Of a stretch of DNA of 64,000 nt, positions 1-9,966 are shown one piece after another. The notes beneath the pieces are model-generated. The model was not told where the DNA came from and ran no database searches. It saw nothing but the letters and a program-made list of their open reading frames with translations. Position numbers and translations under genes: made by a program. How positions within the stretch are numbered: position 1 is the stretch's first letter; each line of letters begins with the position of its first letter. The stretch is from the NCBI GenBank assembly GCA_963740355.1, contig CAVUDW010000003.1:2176001-2240000 (forward strand). The letters are read 5' to 3'. The stretch is from an uncultured Gemmatimonadaceae bacterium (lineage in GTDB: Bacteria; Gemmatimonadota; Gemmatimonadetes; Gemmatimonadales; Gemmatimonadaceae).

Positions 1-269
1 GCCAGCACGCGCACCAGGTCGAGCACCGGCGCATAGGGGTGCGCACGATCGGCCTCGAAGCAGGCGCCGGTCAGCGTCACGAAACCCAGCGCGCGCCCAT
101 GGTCCACCAGCGATCGCACCAGGCGCGACTTGCCGATGCCCGCCTCGCCGGAGATCAGCACCGTGCTCCCGTGCGACGCCTGCGCCCGCGCGAGCGCTGC
201 GCTTCCCGCCGCGAGCGGAATGTGTCGTCCGATCAGGACGGGGCAGACGAGGCTGGTTTCGGGAAGCAT
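1..269 (-). CDS. AAA-ATPase domain protein, probable LuxR/MalT-type (LAL-like) regulator; 5' part only, runs off the window start
   Basis: Not in the ORF track. Manual translation from ATG at 269 gives MLPETSLVCPVLIGR...VLISGEAGIGKSRLVRSL...GACFEADRAHPYAPVLD, with a Walker A motif (GEAGIGKS). The ATG overlaps the upstream stop codon (TGATG). Confidence 0.8.
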   Translation of the reverse strand, partial: MLPETSLVCPVLIGRHIPLAAGSAALARAQASHGSTVLISGEAGIGKSRLVRSLVDHGRALGFVTLTGACFEADRAHPYAPVLDLVRVL

Positions 270-976
270 CAGGAGAACCTACGCAGCCACCCTTCCGTCA
301 CCCGCATGGCGCGTTGCCATTCCTCACCCGACGTGAGGTGGCCGGCCCCACGCAGCACGTAGTGGTACGAATGTGTCGCGTGATCCGGTGATGTCTGGCC
401 GAGGGCGGCATGGAGTCGCGCCACGGGCTCGGGCGCGACGCTCTGGTCATGTTCGGCGGTAATGCTGAGCAGCGCCACACTGCGGAACGCCTCCAGCCAG
501 CGATGGGGACTCGTCTCTCCAGGCCATTCCGGCGATCCAAGCAGCGCAACACCCGCGCGCATCGGTGGCCCAGTCACCACCGCCCGATAGACGAGAAAGG
601 CACCCATCGAAATGCCCACCATCGAGATCCGATCGCGATCGATTGGATACCGTTCCGCCAGCCCATCGATCAGCGCTGGTAGTTCGCGAACGGTCCTCTC
701 GACGATCTCGAGCATCAGCAACAACGCGCCGGTTGGTGAAGCGGCCAGCCGCGCATCCAGTTCACCTGTGGCGCGCGCGCCGTGCTCGACGGCGTCGACG
801 CCGACGGCAAGAAATCCCGCCGCCGCACATCGTTCCAGTTCACCGGCATGTGCAAGCGCATCGGCACGGAAGCCGTGGAACCAGAGCACGACCGGCAGCG
901 GGGCCTGGCCAGGCGCAGGCTCGGCGATCAGCGTCGGGACGCCCGCGATGGTGTGTGGGTGTGCGTGGCCTGTCAT
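269..976 (-). CDS. alpha/beta hydrolase (esterase, YjfP-like)
   Basis: WFHGF oxyanion region, GISMG nucleophile elbow, D..V and GAGH catalytic Asp/His motifs. Confidence 0.85.
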   Translation of the reverse strand: MTGHAHPHTIAGVPTLIAEPAPGQAPLPVVLWFHGFRADALAHAGELERCAAAGFLAVGVDAVEHGARATGELDARLAASPTGALLLMLEIVERTVRELPALIDGLAERYPIDRDRISMVGISMGAFLVYRAVVTGPPMRAGVALLGSPEWPGETSPHRWLEAFRSVALLSITAEHDQSVAPEPVARLHAALGQTSPDHATHSYHYVLRGAGHLTSGEEWQRAMRVTEGWLRRFS

Positions 977-1115
977 GTGGTCGATGGCGTCAGTACGACG
1001 GCACTCATCCGAAATCCTACCGCCTCTTCTCCGGGTAACTAGGCTATCCGTAGACGCGTCGTCGCGTTCAGGATCGATCCGACTCCGATCGTTTTGCGGC
1101 TCTCACACCTTGGCC

Positions 1116-4100
1116 ATGCCTGGCGTTCCCCGCCTCACCACGTCAGACGCCGCCAAACTGGCAGCGCGGCTCTACGGGCTCGACGTCGTCGTCACAGAAC
1201 TGCCCAGCGAACGCGACCAGAACCTCCTCCTCCGTACGCCGACCGGAGAGCGGTACATCCTCAAGCTCGCCAATGCCGGCGAATCGCGCGAGGTGCTGGA
1301 GGCCGAGGGCGCCGTGATGCGCCACGTCGCGTCCACGGCGCTCTGTCCGAAGCTGATTCGCACGGTCGACGGGCGTGACATCGCGCAACATGGGCCGCAC
1401 CTCGTCCGACTGATCACGGCGCTCCCGGGCCGCACCCTCGGTAGCACGCCCCTCCACACCGATGCGCTGCGCCGCAACATCGGGCGCGCGCTGGGACGGC
1501 TGGATCGTGCGCTCTCGAATTTCGATCACCCGGCGTTTCATCGCGATTTCCATTGGGATCTCGCCAACGCTGACCGCATCGTCCGAGAACAACTTCCTCT
1601 CGTCTCGGATCTCGCGCTTGCCGGACACATCGCGGCCTTCGCAGCCTACCACGATGAACATGTCGTGCCCATGCTGCCGAGTTTCCGGATGAGCGTGATC
1701 CACGCCGATGCGAACGACTACAACGTGCTGGTCGACGAGACGCTGCAGCAGGCGACCGGCATCATCGACTTCGGTGACATGGTGGTGAGCCAGACGGTGA
1801 ATGACGTGGCAATTGCCATGGCGTACGTCGCCTTGAGCGCCGATGATCCCCTCGCGGCCGCCGCTGCAGTCGTCTCGGGGTACCATCAGACGCATCCGCT
1901 CACCGACGCGGAGATCGCGGCCCTCTACAGCCTGATGTGCATGCGACTCTGCGTGAGCGCCTGCATGGCCGCGAAGCAGCAGGCGGAGCGTCCGGAGGAC
2001 GACTATCTCGGCATCAGCCAGGGGCCGATCACCACCACGCTGCCGGTGTTCGCACAGATCCACCCGCGTTTTGCGCACTACACATTCCGCGACGCCTGCG
2101 GATTGCCGCCCGTGCCGCACGCCGCACAGGTCGTCGATTTCCTGTCTCGCAACGCCGACTCCTTCGCACCGGTGCTCGGCCGTGACCTGCGCACCACGCC
2201 TGTCGCCGCGCTCGATTTCAGCGCCGGCAGCACCCTGATTTCCAGCGAGTCGACGGAGAACACGCCTGCGGAACTCGATCGGCGTGTGCAGCGTGTGCTG
2301 GCCGAACAGGGTGCGACGATCGGCGTTGGCGGCTATGACGAGGCGCGACTGATCTATCACTGGCCGAACGAACCGAAGCTGGTCGAGCCACGAACGATCC
2401 ACATCGGGCTCGACCTGTCGCTTGCCTCAGGCTCGCCGTTGTACGCACCACTCGATGGCACCGTCTACGGCTTCGAGGACGCGGACAACTACCATGACTA
2501 CGGCCCGCTGATCGTATTGCGCCACGTGACCGATGATGCGGAGCCACTGGAATTCTTCACATTCTACGGGCACCTGACACGGGACTCGCTGGCAGGGCTC
2601 GAGATTGGCCAGCCCATTGCGAAAGGCACCGAGTTCGCCCGCATCGGCAGCGCGCCGACCAATGGCAACTGGTGGTCGCATGTGCATGTGCAACTCGTGA
2701 CCGACATGCTCGACGTGCCCTGCAACATCAACGGTGCAGTGCGCGCCAGCCAGCGGCGGGTCTGGAAGAGTGTCTTCCCCGACCCGAACCTGATCCTCGG
2801 CATCCCGGCGGAACGCCTGCCGCAGCATGTGCCGAAGCCGGAGGTCGCGGTATCCCGACGCGCGCACATCGGCGGCAACCTGAGCGTCTCCTACGGCGCC
2901 AACCCGCTGAACATCGTGCGCGGCTACAAGCAGTACCTGTATGACGATGTGGCTCACCGCTTCATCGACGGGTACAACAACGTCGCACACGTTGGACACT
3001 GTCACCCGCGCGTCGTACGAGCGGTCAGCGAGCAGTTGGCGGTGCTGAACACCAACACGCGCTACCTGCAGGAGCAGCTCACGCGGTATGCGGAAAAGCT
3101 GACGTCACTGCTGCCCGACGGACTCGACGTCTGCTACTTCACCGCGTCGGGGAGTGAAGCGAACGAACTGGCACTGCGTCTTTCGCGCACGTACACTGGC
3201 GCGCGCGACCTGATCGTGATGGACTCGGCGTATCATGGCCACACCACCACCCTCATCGACATCAGCCCGTACAAGCACGACGGCCCGGGCGGTACGGGTG
3301 CACCGGACTGGGTACATACTTCGCCGATTCCGGATGTGTACCGGATGCGGGGCGCCAAGGCCGAGCCGGGCGCATGGTTCGCATCGCAGGTCGGGCTCGT
3401 CATCGACGAACTGGCGGCGACGGGACGCAAACTCTCCGGCTACATCGCCGAGACCTGTCCCAGCGTTGGCGGGCAGATCATGCTGCCCGATGGATTCCTC
3501 TCCGACGTCTACGCGCGAGTGCGTGCGGCCGGAGGGCTCTGCATCGCCGACGAGGTGCAGACAGGCTTCGGTCGCATCGGCACACACTTCTGGGCGTTCG
3601 AGGCCCATGACGTCGTGCCGGATATCGTCGTGCTTGGAAAGCCGATCGCGAATGGCTATCCGATGGGTGCCGTGATCACGACGCGCGCCATCGCCGAGCG
3701 GTTCAACAACGGCATGGAGTACTTCAGCACCTTCGGTGGCAGCACCGCCGCCTGCGTGGCCGGCTTGACGACGCTCGAGGTGACACTGGAGGAAGATCTC
3801 CAGCAGAATGCGCTGCACGTCGGCAATCGCCTGTTGGCCGGCCTGCGTCCGCTGGTCAACCATCTCGACATCGTTGGCGACGTTCGTGGGTCGGGCCTCT
3901 TCCTCGGCGTCGAGCTCGTACGCGACCGCGACACCCTCGAACCGGCGCCTGAAGAAGCGACGTTCGTGGTCAACCGCATGCGCGAGCGAGGTGTGTTGGT
4001 CGGCACCGACGGGCCATTTCACAACGTGATCAAGATCCGCGGCCCGATGCCATTGACGATGTCCGACGCCGACCGGATCGTCGAGACACTCTCACGCTCC

Positions 4101-4124
4101 CTCTACGAACTGCCGCGCCGCTGA
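1116..4124 (+). CDS. Fusion of APH-like (hydroxylysine-type) kinase, M23 peptidase-like domain and class III PLP aminotransferase/phospho-lyase
   Basis: Kinase: SERDQN, HADANDYN, IIDFGD. M23: HIGLD and HVH. Aminotransferase III: SGSEANELA, DEVQTGFGR, LGKPIANG. Start moved to ATG 1116 because the 612-1115 extension is antisense to the hydrolase gene. Confidence 0.88.
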   Translation: MPGVPRLTTSDAAKLAARLYGLDVVVTELPSERDQNLLLRTPTGERYILKLANAGESREVLEAEGAVMRHVASTALCPKLIRTVDGRDIAQHGPHLVRLITALPGRTLGSTPLHTDALRRNIGRALGRLDRALSNFDHPAFHRDFHWDLANADRIVREQLPLVSDLALAGHIAAFAAYHDEHVVPMLPSFRMSVIHADANDYNVLVDETLQQATGIIDFGDMVVSQTVNDVAIAMAYVALSADDPLAAAAAVVSGYHQTHPLTDAEIAALYSLMCMRLCVSACMAAKQQAERPEDDYLGISQGPITTTLPVFAQIHPRFAHYTFRDACGLPPVPHAAQVVDFLSRNADSFAPVLGRDLRTTPVAALDFSAGSTLISSESTENTPAELDRRVQRVLAEQGATIGVGGYDEARLIYHWPNEPKLVEPRTIHIGLDLSLASGSPLYAPLDGTVYGFEDADNYHDYGPLIVLRHVTDDAEPLEFFTFYGHLTRDSLAGLEIGQPIAKGTEFARIGSAPTNGNWWSHVHVQLVTDMLDVPCNINGAVRASQRRVWKSVFPDPNLILGIPAERLPQHVPKPEVAVSRRAHIGGNLSVSYGANPLNIVRGYKQYLYDDVAHRFIDGYNNVAHVGHCHPRVVRAVSEQLAVLNTNTRYLQEQLTRYAEKLTSLLPDGLDVCYFTASGSEANELALRLSRTYTGARDLIVMDSAYHGHTTTLIDISPYKHDGPGGTGAPDWVHTSPIPDVYRMRGAKAEPGAWFASQVGLVIDELAATGRKLSGYIAETCPSVGGQIMLPDGFLSDVYARVRAAGGLCIADEVQTGFGRIGTHFWAFEAHDVVPDIVVLGKPIANGYPMGAVITTRAIAERFNNGMEYFSTFGGSTAACVAGLTTLEVTLEEDLQQNALHVGNRLLAGLRPLVNHLDIVGDVRGSGLFLGVELVRDRDTLEPAPEEATFVVNRMRERGVLVGTDGPFHNVIKIRGPMPLTMSDADRIVETLSRSLYELPRR

Positions 4125-4213
4125 CACCGGCGAGGCCGCCATGGGCACACTTGAACTCGTGCCGGCGCGGGGGCGGGCGTAGGTTGGGTGATCACCACTT
4201 CAAGGAGCCAGGG

Positions 4214-5182
4214 ATGCTGCGCCGGATCGCGATGCTGATGGTTGCCCCGTGTATCCTGCAGGCGCAGGCGACTGGGGTGAAGCCAGGATGGCAATGGTCG
4301 ATGGACTCGGTGCGGACGGTGGTGAACGCGGTCCGCGCAGGCCGGTCGCTCAACCCCACGAGCTGGCCCGGAGGTGCACGGGTGGCGGTGCTGCTCTCGT
4401 TCGACGTCGACAACGAGACCATCCCACTGCGCTTCGGCGAACCCACCGTCGGGACGCTGGCGTCAGCGCAGTACGGTGCGCGTCGCGGCCTGGGCCGGAT
4501 CGTGAAACTCCTCGACGCCAATCGCATTCCAGCATCGTTCTTCATTCCCTCGGTGAGTCTCGCACTGACTCCCGGAATGGCCGACACGATCAAGCGCAGC
4601 GGTCGGCATGAATTCGCCGTGCACGGATGGATTCACGAGCTGAACGCGACCCTTCCAGACTCCGCCGAGCGGGCCTTGCTGACGAAGGCTGTGGCCGAGT
4701 TGACGGCGCTGACGGGCGTGAAGCCGACCGGCTATCGCGCGCCGAGCTGGAACTTCAGCCCCAACACGCTCAGCATCCTGCGCGACATGGGCTTCCGCTA
4801 CGAAAGCTCACTGATGGCTGATGACAGTCCGTACGAACTGCTGCAGAAAGGGCAGCCGACTGGCATCGTCGAGTTGCCGGTGGAGTGGATTCTCGACGAC
4901 GCGCCACTCTTCGATCCTCGCGGCCAGACGTACATGAACCCGCGCGACGTGGCACGTGTCTGGATCGACGAATTCGACAAGGCCTACGACGAGGGCACGA
5001 TGTTCCTGCTGACGATGCACCCGCACGTCTCCGGCCATCGTTCGCGCATCATTGCGCTCGAGTTGCTCATCGCCCACATCAAGACGAAGGCGCCCGGCAA
5101 GGTCTGGTACGCGACCCACGCGGCCGCCGCGGAATATGTCCGGGCACAGGCGAAACTCGGCGAGCCGATCGCACCGCGCTGA
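4214..5182 (+). CDS. Secreted polysaccharide deacetylase family (CE4/PuuE-like) protein
   Basis: SFDVD, HEFAVHGWIH, GYRAP and TMHPH motifs; signal peptide; AAGGAG Shine-Dalgarno before ATG 4214. Confidence 0.88.
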   Translation: MLRRIAMLMVAPCILQAQATGVKPGWQWSMDSVRTVVNAVRAGRSLNPTSWPGGARVAVLLSFDVDNETIPLRFGEPTVGTLASAQYGARRGLGRIVKLLDANRIPASFFIPSVSLALTPGMADTIKRSGRHEFAVHGWIHELNATLPDSAERALLTKAVAELTALTGVKPTGYRAPSWNFSPNTLSILRDMGFRYESSLMADDSPYELLQKGQPTGIVELPVEWILDDAPLFDPRGQTYMNPRDVARVWIDEFDKAYDEGTMFLLTMHPHVSGHRSRIIALELLIAHIKTKAPGKVWYATHAAAAEYVRAQAKLGEPIAPR

Positions 5183-5193
5183 TAGGACATGAA

Positions 5194-5224
5194 ACGGCCG
5201 CCCAGGTGCATCCTGGGCGGCCGT
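5194..5224. terminator. Bidirectional hairpin terminator
   Basis: Perfect 13-bp inverted repeat ACGGCCGCCCAGG-tgcat-CCTGGGCGGCCGT between convergent genes. Confidence 0.7.
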
Positions 5225-5255
5225 AGGAATCGACACTGCGTGACAGCGCTCAGTT

Positions 5256-6914
5256 CTACTGCCGGCACTGCGCGTTCGGGTCCGTCTTCGGCTTGTCGAG
5301 CTTGGGGCGATCTGCGCGCGTGGCGAGATCGATCACGCCGTCCTTCACGAAGGTCGCGACGCGGGAGAGGCCATCGTAGTCGATGTACTGCGCCTCGTCG
5401 GTGACCTGGTGGTAGTCCATGTGCTCACCGCGCGAGAACGCGACGGCGGGGATGCCATACCGCGCGTAGCTGTAGTGATCGGCGCGGCAGTAGTACTGCA
5501 GCGGATGACCCGGTGCGTCGAAGGTCATGTTGAACACGAATGGCTGCTTCTGCCGTGCATTCGCCGCTGCGAGGACATCGCCGAACTCGGTGCTCAGCCG
5601 GCGCAGGCCGATGACCTCGAGGTAGGTCGGGCCGGCGTCTGGAAGATCGTGGATGCTGCCGCGGCCGATCATGTCCATGTCGATCTCGCTGATGATCGAA
5701 TCACGCTCGACCGTCGGATGATCGGTGTACCACCGTGAGCCGAGCAGGCCGAATTCCTCGGCCGTGTGCGATACGAACAGCACTGAACGACGGAGCGGCG
5801 GCCGACTCTTCAGCAGCTCTGCGATTTCGAGAAGCGCGACCGTGCCGCTGCCATCATCGTCGGCCCCATTGCGAATGGAGTCCTGTCGTGCAGTCGGGCG
5901 AACCTTCCGCAGCGAGTCGAGAATCTGGCGCACGCGCGTCGCCTCGCCCGAAGTTGGTTCGCGGCTTGGCGAATCGGCGCCCATCGGTCGGACAACGGCA
6001 TTGAATGCACGCAGCGAGTCGTGATCGACCGGCGCCCGATCGAAGCCGACATGGTCATTGTGCGCCGTGAGCGATACGAACTGGCCATTCACCGATGGAT
6101 CGCGTCCCGGCAGGATCGCGACCACGTTTCGCGCTGGAAACTCGAGCGGCGTGACGCTGACGCCGATACCGCCATGCAGCGTGATGCCGACGGTGCCCAC
6201 GGGCGCACTTTCCAGCGCCTGACCGAGCAACTTTTCCGCCAATGCCGCCTTGACCAGTGCGACGGTCGGCACGTCGGCCCACGTGGTATCGAGCACGAGA
6301 TTTCCAGTCATGAACGCGGCAGCGGTCGATGCGCCGGCCGCATCCAGTTCGGCCACCAGGATGGTCGCAGCGCCAGCGAAGCGAGGTGAAAGCCGGATCG
6401 CGTTCACGTTCGTACGTCGGGTTGCCGTGGTGCGACGTTCTGGCGGCAACACACTGAAGAGCAGTGCCTTCCCCTGGGCGCGCGCCGCATCGATCCAGGT
6501 GCCGGAATCCGAGGCCAGACCGGCGTACACGACGCTCACTCCTTCAACGGGCCGGGTACGCGCGTTGCCCGGCTGCGGCACGTAGTCCACGCCGATGCGC
6601 GCCGTGATGCCCTCGAGTCGGAGCGTGTCACGCGTGTCTGGAGCGCGACGAAAGAACGGCACGACCTGGAACCAGGTGCCGTTGTCGCCGGCGGGTTTGA
6701 GGCCGAGTCGTGCAAATTCCGCCGCGACGTAGGCGGTCGCCTTGAAGTTGCCGGCGTCCCCCGGAGCGCGCCCCATCATCGAATCGTGCGCGAGCGCGAA
6801 CAACCGCGAGCGCAGGTCCTTCGCAGTCAACGCCGCCGACGTCCTCTGCGCCACCGCCGTCGAGGCCATCACGGTCACGGACAAGGCAGCAAGTGCGAAT
6901 CGACTGATCTTCAT
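5256..6914 (-). CDS. M28 family peptidase, secreted
   Basis: AHNDH, NGADDDGSG, AEEFGLLGS, DMDMIGR and HQVTD motifs; signal peptide MKISRFALAALS. Confidence 0.9.
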   Translation of the reverse strand: MKISRFALAALSVTVMASTAVAQRTSAALTAKDLRSRLFALAHDSMMGRAPGDAGNFKATAYVAAEFARLGLKPAGDNGTWFQVVPFFRRAPDTRDTLRLEGITARIGVDYVPQPGNARTRPVEGVSVVYAGLASDSGTWIDAARAQGKALLFSVLPPERRTTATRRTNVNAIRLSPRFAGAATILVAELDAAGASTAAAFMTGNLVLDTTWADVPTVALVKAALAEKLLGQALESAPVGTVGITLHGGIGVSVTPLEFPARNVVAILPGRDPSVNGQFVSLTAHNDHVGFDRAPVDHDSLRAFNAVVRPMGADSPSREPTSGEATRVRQILDSLRKVRPTARQDSIRNGADDDGSGTVALLEIAELLKSRPPLRRSVLFVSHTAEEFGLLGSRWYTDHPTVERDSIISEIDMDMIGRGSIHDLPDAGPTYLEVIGLRRLSTEFGDVLAAANARQKQPFVFNMTFDAPGHPLQYYCRADHYSYARYGIPAVAFSRGEHMDYHQVTDEAQYIDYDGLSRVATFVKDGVIDLATRADRPKLDKPKTDPNAQCRQ

Positions 6915-7080
6915 CGGCAGGTCCTCGAGGGGGGCATCGGTGCCACGTATCAACGGTGTGGATTCTACATCGCGTACGGCAGGCCGGTGTGCAGAGTTAC
7001 GCACAAGCCTGCCGTGCCTCGGCGCGTCCAGGCGTCCGTGCCTCCATGCCTCCGTGCCTCCTCGCCGCTGACGCTCCGTG

Positions 7081-7329
7081 TCCGTCGCCCGCTGGTCTAC
7101 ACTTCCTCACGCGGAGGCGCGGGGAACGCGGAGCCGCGGGGAACAGCGGAGAACTGCATGGGGACTGCATGGGATCACTGTTCCGGGGCTAGTGCTGTTC
7201 CCCTGCTGTTGCTGTTCCCTTGCTGTTGCTGTTCCCTTGCTGTTGCTGTTCCCTTGCTGTTGCTGTTCCTCCGCGGCTCCGCGTCCCCCGCGGCTCCGCG
7301 TGAGGGAGTGTGGACGGACAGGCGACGGA
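7081..7329. repeat. REPIN-like palindromic cassette, copy 1
   Basis: Imperfect inverted arms of about 67 bp (7081-7147 and 7262-7329) built on CACGCGGAG-CGCGG units. Near-identical arms occur at 21506-21788. Confidence 0.8.
7204..7270. repeat. Tandem repeat, 4 x 17 bp
   Basis: TGCTGTTGCTGTTCCCT at 7204, 7221 and 7238, plus a 16-bp copy at 7255. Confidence 0.92.
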
Positions 7330-7383
7330 AACCGAACGCCAGCGGCACGGAGTGCTGGCTGTCCCGATACAACAGCACGCCAA

Positions 7384-9027
7384 CTACCGCCGCTCGAGAC
7401 GCCCGTCGAAGAGTAGGCGAACATTCGGATCGAGATCGACGGCGGTCGGTGCGACGTCGGCAGGAAACGTGAAGTGACCGGTGCGCGCGGCGAGGTCGGC
7501 GCGCACCACACGAGTGGGCGCGCCGGCGAACGTGAGCCCGAACTCGATCGGCACCGCGAACGGGTCGCCCGGCTGTGTCTGTGTCAGGTCGACGACGACC
7601 TGTCTGGCCTTTGCATCCCAGCGCCATGTACCCGCCAGCTTCGGGATGCCGCCGCGATACAGCCACTGCTGGAAAAATGCGCCGAGGTCGTGCCCTGCAG
7701 CACGCTCCATCACCTCGCGGAATTCGGCCGTTGTCGTGATCCGATCGCGATAGCGCGCGTAGTACTTGCGGATCCCGGTCCAGAACTGATCGTCGCCCAT
7801 CTCGGCGCGGAGCATGTGCAGCGTCCAGCTGCCCTTCTGGTAGGTCATGGCCGTGGTGACGTCGGCCATGTTCACGAGGTTCTCGTGCACCACCCGATAG
7901 TTCGGATGTGTGGAGTCGAAGGCGATCACCGTCTTGCGCGATGCGCGCAGACCGTCGGCAAACTCGTCGCGGCCGTAGGCGTGTTCGATGAAGAGCAGCG
8001 TGAAATAGGTCGCAAAGCCTTCGCTCAGCCAGACCTCGTTCCAGTCACTCTCGGTGACGGCATCACCGAACCACTGATGAGCGATTTCGTGAATGACGAC
8101 ATTGCGCCACCGAACCGGGCGCGTGCCGGCCACGCTGCCCGCGCTGTAGAAGATCGCTGACGCCGCCTCCATCCCGCCGCTGACGGAATTCGACTGCACA
8201 TTGGCCAGCTTCTCGTAGGAGAACGGGCCAATCCACTCGCTGTAGAACGCCAGTGCGTCTTTCGTCGGCACAGCAAAATCGTGAAATCCGGCCTCGCGTT
8301 GCTGACTGAACACCCACGTCTCGATCGGAACGCCGTTGTAGTCACCCACCCGTTGCACGGCGAAATGCGCCACGCCCAGCGCGTACAGCCAGGGCGCAAT
8401 CGGCACCGATTCGCGCCAGACGGTGCGTCGCATGCCGCGGGTATCATCAGTCTGCTCGACCCGCACGCCGTTCGAAATCACCTGATAGTGCGCCGGTGCC
8501 GTGACGTCCATCTCCATCGTTGCCTTGTCGGCGATGTGATCGATCATCGGCAGCCAGTGGTGCCCCTTGTCCGGCCAGTTGTCGGAGAAGAAGGCCCGAT
8601 CCCCGTGCGGGTTGGGCTTGATCTGCAAGCCGTCGGCGGGGATCCCGGCGTAGCGTACCACCAGTTCGAGGATCGCGCCGCTGGCCACCGCGCCGTCCAA
8701 CGTGATCAGCAGTCGGTCGGCGGCGTGCTGAAATGCGAGTGTGCGGCCTGCCCGCGCAACGCCCAGCACTCGCATCCCTCGGCCCTGCCGCTCGGACGTG
8801 ATGCCCGCCAGATCGAGGGCGACCTGCGTCACCCCGCCCTGCAACAGGCGCAGCCGAATGGTGGCCTGACCATCGATGCGATCGGTGCTGTCGGCCAGCG
8901 TGATCGCGAAGTGGTAGTGCTCCACGTCGATCGGCTGGCGCGGATACGGATCGGCGCGCAGGACCGCTGCGCTGCTGGCAATGAGCGCAACGGCTGCGAG
9001 TGTCGACGTGATTCGGAGAGTGCGCAT
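7384..9027 (-). CDS. M1 family aminopeptidase, secreted
   Basis: GGMEA (GAMEN-like), HEIAH-X18-E and YQKG motifs; signal peptide from ATG 9027. Confidence 0.9.
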   Translation of the reverse strand: MRTLRITSTLAAVALIASSAAVLRADPYPRQPIDVEHYHFAITLADSTDRIDGQATIRLRLLQGGVTQVALDLAGITSERQGRGMRVLGVARAGRTLAFQHAADRLLITLDGAVASGAILELVVRYAGIPADGLQIKPNPHGDRAFFSDNWPDKGHHWLPMIDHIADKATMEMDVTAPAHYQVISNGVRVEQTDDTRGMRRTVWRESVPIAPWLYALGVAHFAVQRVGDYNGVPIETWVFSQQREAGFHDFAVPTKDALAFYSEWIGPFSYEKLANVQSNSVSGGMEAASAIFYSAGSVAGTRPVRWRNVVIHEIAHQWFGDAVTESDWNEVWLSEGFATYFTLLFIEHAYGRDEFADGLRASRKTVIAFDSTHPNYRVVHENLVNMADVTTAMTYQKGSWTLHMLRAEMGDDQFWTGIRKYYARYRDRITTTAEFREVMERAAGHDLGAFFQQWLYRGGIPKLAGTWRWDAKARQVVVDLTQTQPGDPFAVPIEFGLTFAGAPTRVVRADLAARTGHFTFPADVAPTAVDLDPNVRLLFDGRLERR

Positions 9028-9031
9028 GTCG

Positions 9032-9938
9032 TCAAGGCACCTCATGCCCGCTCCCAGCCATCCAGATCTCGGCCCAATCCTGCACGTCGAGGCTCACCTC
9101 GAGCGCCTGCACGGCCTCACGCATCGCCTCGATCCGTCGCGACCCGGCCACGGGAATTGGCCGACTGGGATGCCGAAGAAGCCAGGCGAAGGCGATCGTG
9201 GCCGCGCTGACGCCATGCCGCCTCCCCACCGCCTCGAGCGCGTCGCGCACACGCGCTGGCCGCAGGATCTGTGGCCGTGAACAGTCGCCCACCAGCCAGC
9301 GGTGACCAGATCATGGGCTGGATGCGGCGCTGCTGACACTGGTCCAGCGTTCCATCGTGCAGCGGTGCGAGATGCAGTGGGTGCAGCTCGACCTGGTTCG
9401 TGACCAACGGGAATCGACTCTGCAGCAACTCGAACTGCGCCGGCGAAAAGTTGGACACGCCGAAGTGCTGCACCTTGCCCATCAGTTGCAGGTGCGTGAA
9501 CGCCTCAGCCACCGCATCCGCGTCCATCAGCGCATCCGGCCGATGGATCAACAACAGCTCGAGACGGTCCGTGCCGAGGACGCGCAACGAATTCTCGGCA
9601 CTGCTGATGATGTGCGATGCCGAAGTGTTGTAGTGCTTGACCCGATGCTGTGGCCGACTCGGTACCGTCAGGCAGATGCCGCACTTGCTGACCAGCTGCA
9701 TCTTTTCGCGCAGCGACGGGGCCAATGCCAGTGCCTCGCCGAACAGTTGCTCGACCGTATAGCCACCATAGATGTCGGCGTGATCGAAGGTCGTCACACC
9801 CATCTCGAGACACTGCTCGATCCAGCGCAGCCGCTCCTGCGGCGTCCAGTTCCAGTCGCCCATGCGCCACGCGCCGGCCACGATACGCGACATGGCCGGC
9901 GCTTCCGAGGACTGCGTGCTGCGAATCATCTGATGCAT
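9032..9938 (-). pseudogene. ydhF: Aldo/keto reductase (YdhF-like), interrupted by a +1 frameshift near 9258 (real mutation or sequencing error)
   Basis: N-terminal frame has FDHADIYG, SKCGI, LLIHRPD and WSPLAGG. The C-terminus (AWLLRHPS..P..G.....EIWMAGSGHEVP) is in the 9032-9292 frame. Removing one base gives about 301 aa. Confidence 0.8.
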
Positions 9939-9966
9939 GGCAGAACCTGTGCAGTAAGAGGACGAA

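Noticed and set aside
612..1115. N-terminal extension of the 1170-aa ORF
   Set aside because: It is low-complexity antisense translation of the hydrolase gene. Homology-like sequence starts at ATG 1116.
7204..7270. CRISPR-like array
   Set aside because: The 17-bp units are directly adjacent with no spacers, and there are no cas genes. It is a simple VNTR.
6786..7666. Cys- or Gln-rich ORFs across the repeat cassette
   Set aside because: They are translations of the 17-bp repeat and palindromic arms, with no start signals or domain features.
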